From positions 24,146-88,145 of the forward strand of contig JBHHYO010000003.1 of NCBI GenBank assembly GCA_046757665.1: a stretch of DNA of 64,000 nt, written 5' to 3'. Positions 58,886-64,000 of this stretch are shown here, piece after piece. Numbering within the stretch: the stretch's first letter is position 1; each line of letters begins with the position of its first letter. The notes under the pieces are model-generated. The model saw only the letters and a list, made by a program, of their open reading frames with translations, was not told the DNA's origin and ran no database searches. The DNA is from Nitrospinales bacterium. GTDB taxonomy: Bacteria; Nitrospinota; Nitrospinia; Nitrospinales; JAJDAT01. The translations under genes and the position numbers were made by a program.

Positions 58886-59584
58886 CTAGGTTTTGAACAA
58901 ATAACGCAGTCCCTCCACGCCATCCTCGAGCACGAATCCGGTAATTTTCGCAAACCCGTCCAGAATCAGCAAGCTGTTGATATTCGCATCGCCGGACGAC
59001 ATGTCCCTGATCCTTTCCGCCAGCCCCATGTTGACCGTCTCCACTTCGCTCAGCGTATCGGCCAGTTCCTGCCAGTCTATGGGCGGCGGCGTTTTCTTGT
59101 CCTTGCTTTCCAGATATTTCCCCAGCAAAAAAATGGCGGCGGAACGAAACGTGGTTTCCTCCGGCGACCCAAAAGGCAAATGAAAACGAACCATCGGGCG
59201 CAACTTCGACAAAACCGGACACCCGCAAGTGACGTTGACGATTCCGATCATGCTCGAAATGCCCGCTTGCAGACTGGTTTCCTTGAAATAATAACGATCC
59301 TCCACCTTGACCAACACCTTCACCCTTTCGTAAGATAAACTTTTCGCAAAACTGTCCAGGATGACGCGGTATTCCTTGGCCACCGGACAATAAGCGTGCT
59401 CCTCTTCTTTCAACGTACAGTTGGAACATTTATGAAACTGCAAGCGGGTCCAGTCCGGCATACCTTTTTCCTCGGCAGAGGATTTCAAAGCCAGACTGTC
59501 CTTATCAAGGACAAAAAGAAAATCCCGCTTCCTTTTATCCGCAAAGCGAAATTGATATCGAATAGTAAGGTCTTTCCGCAACAT
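58886..59584 (-). CDS. Conserved hypothetical protein (DUF6901-like, Cys-rich)
   Basis: PDWTRLQFHKCSNC...CPVA...GCPVLSKLRPMVRFHLPF. Confidence 0.7.
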   Translation of the reverse strand: MLRKDLTIRYQFRFADKRKRDFLFVLDKDSLALKSSAEEKGMPDWTRLQFHKCSNCTLKEEEHAYCPVAKEYRVILDSFAKSLSYERVKVLVKVEDRYYFKETSLQAGISSMIGIVNVTCGCPVLSKLRPMVRFHLPFGSPEETTFRSAAIFLLGKYLESKDKKTPPPIDWQELADTLSEVETVNMGLAERIRDMSSGDANINSLLILDGFAKITGFVLEDGVEGLRYLFKT

Positions 59585-59705
59585 AGCCCGGTCTTCAAGT
59601 TTGTTTCCACTAAACTTAATATTGGTCTATCATAGTCGTCAGGGTTTTTAAAGACTATATTGACACCCTGGCGGTTTCCACAAACCGGCCCGGAAAAGAG
59701 CTTCC

Positions 59706-60452
59706 ATGAATGAAGACGGTTTGAAACGAGCGGCACAAAAGATCATTTTCGCCCTGGACGTTCGCGATTCGCACGAAGCCGTACGCTACGCCAAAATGCT
59801 GGACGGCCTGGTCGGTTGCTTCAAAGTAGGACTGGAACTTTTCATCAGCGAAGGGCCGCGGGTGTTGCAGGCGATCCGCGAAAACAGCTCGGCGGAAATT
59901 TTTCTCGATCTGAAATTGCACGATATCCCCGCAACCATGCGCGGAGCCTTGCGGTCCGCCACCAGATACGGCGTCCGCTTCATCACCGTGCATCTGGACG
60001 GCAACGAATCCCTTCCGGAAATAACGCCCGGAAGTGACGGGCCGGAGGTCCTGGCGATCACCGTTTTGACCAGTCTGGCCGAAAAGGACCTGGGCGCGAT
60101 GGGATTCCGCGAGGGATTGACAATCCTCCAACTGGCCTTGCAACGGGCGCAAACGGCACGGCAAGCGGGTTGCGCCGGGGTCGTCTGCTCCGGCCGGGAA
60201 GTCACCGCCGTCAAGGAAGCCTGCGGCGGGCATTTCAAGGTCATCGTTCCCGGAATACGTCCGGCCTGGGCCGCCGTTGCCGGAGACGACCAGGCGCGCA
60301 CCGCCACGCCCGCAAGCGTCATCGCCGCCGGAGCCGATGCGATTGTCGTCGGACGGCCCATCCGCGACGCCTCCGACCCCAGGGACGCGGCCAAAAAAAT
60401 CGCTACGGAAATTGAGCGCGTGCAAGACGTGGGAAAATTAAGATGGCTTTGA
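59706..60452 (+). CDS. pyrF: Orotidine-5'-phosphate decarboxylase
   Basis: FALDV, KVGLELF, DLKLHDIPAT, PGIRP, DDQAR, VVGRPI. Confidence 0.97.
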   Translation: MNEDGLKRAAQKIIFALDVRDSHEAVRYAKMLDGLVGCFKVGLELFISEGPRVLQAIRENSSAEIFLDLKLHDIPATMRGALRSATRYGVRFITVHLDGNESLPEITPGSDGPEVLAITVLTSLAEKDLGAMGFREGLTILQLALQRAQTARQAGCAGVVCSGREVTAVKEACGGHFKVIVPGIRPAWAAVAGDDQARTATPASVIAAGADAIVVGRPIRDASDPRDAAKKIATEIERVQDVGKLRWL

Positions 60453-60519
60453 TTTCTATGAATCAGTGGGGGGAAATCCCCCCCCTTCCTTGAAAGGGGA
60501 GGAATATTTTAAATTTCCC

Positions 60520-60978
60520 ATGGTCGCTATCCAATTCATTTATATCCTCAGCCTGGTGGTCTGGATCGGCGGCATTGTCTTTTTTTCCTTTTTCACCGCC
60601 CCCGCGGTATTCAAAACTCTGGATCGGCAGAAGGCCGGAGAAGTGGTGGGCGTCATCTTTCCCAGGTATTATGCTCTCGGCTACGTTTGCTGTATCCTGT
60701 CCATAACCGCCCTTCTGATTGCCGGCGGCGGCGTTATCAGCCTCCAACTCGTGTTCCTGGCGGCGATGGCGGGGTGCACGTTTTATTCCGGACGGGTCAT
60801 CGGCCCCCGCGCAAAAAATCTCAAGGAAGAAATCAAATCCCAGGACAACCCGGAACAAAAGGATGCCTTGAAATCGCGGTTCGACAAAATCCACACATTG
60901 TCCGTAAGGCTGAACGGAGCCGTGCTGGCGCTCGGGTTGGGAGTGCTGTGGCTGACCGCCGGGGGCATGAAACTTTAA
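60520..60978 (+). CDS. DUF4149 (TMEM205-like) membrane protein
   Basis: WIGGIVFFSFFTAPAVF...AGEVVGVIFPRYY...FDKIHTLSVRLN. Confidence 0.85.
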   Translation: MVAIQFIYILSLVVWIGGIVFFSFFTAPAVFKTLDRQKAGEVVGVIFPRYYALGYVCCILSITALLIAGGGVISLQLVFLAAMAGCTFYSGRVIGPRAKNLKEEIKSQDNPEQKDALKSRFDKIHTLSVRLNGAVLALGLGVLWLTAGGMKL

Positions 60979-60991
60979 AGGTCGCGCATCC

Positions 60992-62806
60992 ATGAACATC
61001 CTGGGCATATCGGCATATTATCACGACTCGGCGGCGTGCCTGGTGCGCGATGGCGAGATCATCGCCGCCGCCCAGGAAGAACGATTCACCCGCAAAAAAC
61101 ACGACTCCGGGTTTCCCCTGCAAGCCGTCCGCTACTGCCTGCAAGCCGGAGGGATCACCACCGCCGACCTGGATTACGTGGGATTTTACGACAAACCGTT
61201 TATCAAGTTCGAGCGCATCCTGGAAACTTACCTGAGCGTCGCGCCCCGCGGAATCGGCTCCTGCCTCAAAGCCCTGCCGCTCTGGTTGAAGGAAAAATTG
61301 TGGACCCGCTGGAACATCCGCCGGGACCTGGAATACGCGGGCCCCGTTCTGTTCGCGGAACACCACGAATCCCATGCCGCCAGCGCGTTTTTTCCATCGC
61401 CTTTCGAGGAGGCGGCCATTCTCACGATGGACGGCGTCGGCGAATGGACGACCAGCAGTATCGGCATCGGCCGCGGCAACAAGATCGAACTGGTCCACGA
61501 ATTGCATTTTCCGCATTCCCTGGGTCTGCTCTATTCCGCCTTCACCTATTACCTGGGATTCAAGGTCAACAGCGGCGAGTACAAAGTGATGGGCCTCGCC
61601 CCCTACGGCCGGCCCAGGTACGCCGATTTGATCCGCGACCGCCTGCTCGACATCAAGGAAGACGGCTCGTTCCGCATGGACATGAGCTGTTTCAATTACC
61701 TGTCTGGCCTCACCATGACCAACGCCAACTTCGACCGGTTGTTCGGCGCGCCGCCACGCGGGCCGGAATCAAAAATCACACAGCGCGAGATGGACATCGC
61801 CGCTTCCCTCCAGGCGGTGACCGAGGAAATCATGCTGAAGATGGCGCGCCACGCGCGCCGGCTCACCGGCATGAAACACCTTTGCCTCGCCGGCGGGGTG
61901 GCGCTCAACTGCGTCGGCAACGGTAAAATCCTCAAGGAAAAAATTTTCGACCGCGTGTGGGTCCAGCCCGCCGCCGGAGACGCCGGCGGGTCCCTGGGCA
62001 TCGCCCTGTACATCTGGCACCAGGCGCTACAACACTCCCGGCAAACCAATCAAAGCGATACCATGAAGGGCGCCTACCTGGGCCCCCGGTTTGACGCCGC
62101 GTCCATCCGGGATTTTCTCGAAAAAAACCAGGTCCCCCACAAGGAACTGGAAGAAAATGACCTCATCCGCTCCGTCGTCGCCAACCTGAAGCAAGGGAAA
62201 GTGGTCGGTTGGTTTCAGGGACGCATGGAGTTCGGCCCGCGCGCCCTGGGCGCCCGCAGTATCCTCGGCGACGCCCGCAACCAAACGATGCAATCGACCA
62301 TGAACCTGAAAATCAAGTATCGCGAATCCTTCCGCCCCTTTGCCCCCTCCGTCCTCGCGGAAAAAGTTCACGAATGGTTCGAGATGGACTCCGAAAGCCC
62401 CTATATGCTTTTGGTGGCGCCGGTCCGGGAAGATAAAAAAACCCCCATGACCGAAGATGAAAAACGGCGGTTCGGAATCGACCTGTTAAACGTGCCCCGG
62501 TCGCAGGTGCCCGCCGTCACCCATGTCGATTACACCGCCCGCATCCAAACCGTGCATCAAGGCACCCATCCCCGGTATTACAACCTCCTGAAAACCTTCG
62601 GGGAGGAAACCGGCTGTCCCGTTCTCATCAACACCTCCTTCAACGTGCGCGGCGAACCCATCGTATGCACGCCGGAGGAGGCGTACCGCTGTTTCATGCG
62701 CACCGAGATGGATTATCTCGTCATGGAAAATTTCATCCTCGACAAACGCGACCAGAAACCCCTCGACCAGGACACCGACTGGCGCAACGAGTTTGAACTG
62801 GACTGA
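60992..62806 (+). CDS. NodU/CmcH-family O-carbamoyltransferase
   Basis: YHDSAA, EERFTRKKHD, HHESHAASAF, EYKVMGLAPYG, EFGPRALG, NTSFNVRGEP. Confidence 0.93.
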   Translation: MNILGISAYYHDSAACLVRDGEIIAAAQEERFTRKKHDSGFPLQAVRYCLQAGGITTADLDYVGFYDKPFIKFERILETYLSVAPRGIGSCLKALPLWLKEKLWTRWNIRRDLEYAGPVLFAEHHESHAASAFFPSPFEEAAILTMDGVGEWTTSSIGIGRGNKIELVHELHFPHSLGLLYSAFTYYLGFKVNSGEYKVMGLAPYGRPRYADLIRDRLLDIKEDGSFRMDMSCFNYLSGLTMTNANFDRLFGAPPRGPESKITQREMDIAASLQAVTEEIMLKMARHARRLTGMKHLCLAGGVALNCVGNGKILKEKIFDRVWVQPAAGDAGGSLGIALYIWHQALQHSRQTNQSDTMKGAYLGPRFDAASIRDFLEKNQVPHKELEENDLIRSVVANLKQGKVVGWFQGRMEFGPRALGARSILGDARNQTMQSTMNLKIKYRESFRPFAPSVLAEKVHEWFEMDSESPYMLLVAPVREDKKTPMTEDEKRRFGIDLLNVPRSQVPAVTHVDYTARIQTVHQGTHPRYYNLLKTFGEETGCPVLINTSFNVRGEPIVCTPEEAYRCFMRTEMDYLVMENFILDKRDQKPLDQDTDWRNEFELD

Positions 62807-62827
62807 AAATAATTGAGCGTCCCGTCA

Positions 62828-64000
62828 ATGCCTGCCGAGACCACAACTTCAAAACAACTTCCCCGCCAGGCTCCGTTTTATGCCCGTTCCCGATTTTTGT
62901 TGATCGCGCTGGCGCTTGGCCTGGTGTACAGCTACGGCTGGCGGGTAACGGAAATCGATCCACGGGAATTGATCCGCGATTTCCACCTCGTCAAACCCCT
63001 TGTCACTGCCTTGGCGCACCCCGACCTGGTAACGGCAAACACGGAGTCCGCAACTGTCGAAGCTTCTTTTCTGTTGAGACCGTCCTCGGTGCCGCAAAAA
63101 ACCATTCAACCACCCGGGACATCCCGCCCCGCACTTCTCCTTTCCCGACAGGAAGGAAAAATCGGCGATGCTCTGGTCGTGGAGGGATTCAACCTCAAGC
63201 CCGACAGCAAGGGAAAGCTGGTCTGGGTGAACTCCATCGACCAGGAGTTTCCCCTGGCCGCCATTAGCACCGACAGCAAGGGAAAGTTTTACCGCGAAAT
63301 CCGCGTGCCCGAGCTGGCCCGGGGAAAGGAACAACGGGTCAAGGCGGTATTGACCTGGAAAACCGGCGGCTGGCGGGTCAGCCATACACTCAAGCTGGCC
63401 GTCGATAAAATGATCGAAACCGTTTTCCTGGCGCTGATGGCGACATCGCTGGCGGTTCCGGTCGCGGTGCCGCTCAGTTTCCTCGGCGCGCGCAATTTGA
63501 TGTCGCCGCATCCGCTCGGAATGGCGGCGTATTACGCCGTGCGCACGGTGTTCAACGTGTTGCGTTCCATCGAACCGCTGATTCTGGCGATCCTTTTCGC
63601 CGTGTGGGTGGGAATCGGCCCGTTCGCCGGAGTGCTGGCGCTGGGACTGCACTCCATCGCCGCCCTGGGAAAACTGTATTCCGAGCAGATCGAAAGCATC
63701 GACCCGGGTCCCGTCGAGGCGGTCACCGCCACCGGCGCCACGCGCTTGCAAGTGATTTTGTACGCCGTCGTTCCGCAGGTAGTGCCGCAGTTCCTGGCCT
63801 TCACATTTTACCGGTGGGACATCAACGTTCGCATGTCAACGATTATCGGATTCGTCGGCGGCGGGGGAATCGGTTTTCTGTTGCAACAGTGGATCAACCT
63901 GCTCCAGTATAACCAGGCGGGAACCGCCTTGCTGATCATCACCCTGGTGGTCATCACCCTCGACACCATCAGCGCCAAGGTACGCGAAAAGATGATCTAG
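62828..64000 (+). CDS. phnE: PhnE/PtxC-family phosphonate/phosphite ABC permease with an inserted soluble domain
   Basis: RSIEPLILAILF...GPFAGVLAL...KLYSEQIE...VEAVTATGA...RWDINVR.STIIGFVGGGGIG; stop codon at 63998-64000. Confidence 0.85.
   Translation: MPAETTTSKQLPRQAPFYARSRFLLIALALGLVYSYGWRVTEIDPRELIRDFHLVKPLVTALAHPDLVTANTESATVEASFLLRPSSVPQKTIQPPGTSRPALLLSRQEGKIGDALVVEGFNLKPDSKGKLVWVNSIDQEFPLAAISTDSKGKFYREIRVPELARGKEQRVKAVLTWKTGGWRVSHTLKLAVDKMIETVFLALMATSLAVPVAVPLSFLGARNLMSPHPLGMAAYYAVRTVFNVLRSIEPLILAILFAVWVGIGPFAGVLALGLHSIAALGKLYSEQIESIDPGPVEAVTATGATRLQVILYAVVPQVVPQFLAFTFYRWDINVRMSTIIGFVGGGGIGFLLQQWINLLQYNQAGTALLIITLVVITLDTISAKVREKMI

Overview
A GC-rich, mostly core chromosomal segment of a flagellated Gram-negative bacterium. 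The gene style resembles Nitrospinota/Nitrospirota-type lineages, which is an inference and was not checked by search. Housekeeping content: msbA, class II aldolase, flgM, rpmB, rel, recG, etfB, shc, tig-clpP-clpX-lon, two tRNA-Leu, nadE, elbB, smc, pyrF, a carbamoyltransferase and a phnE-like permease. The most interesting non-routine features are: (i) a minus-strand metal-response locus at 1-4.3 kb, made of a Cys/His-rich leader ORF, an outer-membrane beta-barrel, an exported HMA protein, an NHL lipoprotein, a three-Cys MerR-type regulator and a second NHL protein, with two mer-type operator/promoters but no merA, merT or pump in the window; (ii) an HI1419/HI1420-type toxin-antitoxin pair bracketed by 26-bp internally palindromic inverted repeats (25/26 identical), with no transposase; (iii) tandem NrdR boxes between smc and an ArsC/Spx-like gene; (iv) a 2xUSP + 3xPCP_red + rubredoxin-knuckle fusion protein; (v) oleA-oleB without oleC/oleD; (vi) several families of dispersed palindromic/MITE-like repeats; (vii) a 54-aa membrane ORF missing from the ORF track, lying where etfA would be expected. 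All calls come from motif reading; no database searches were run.
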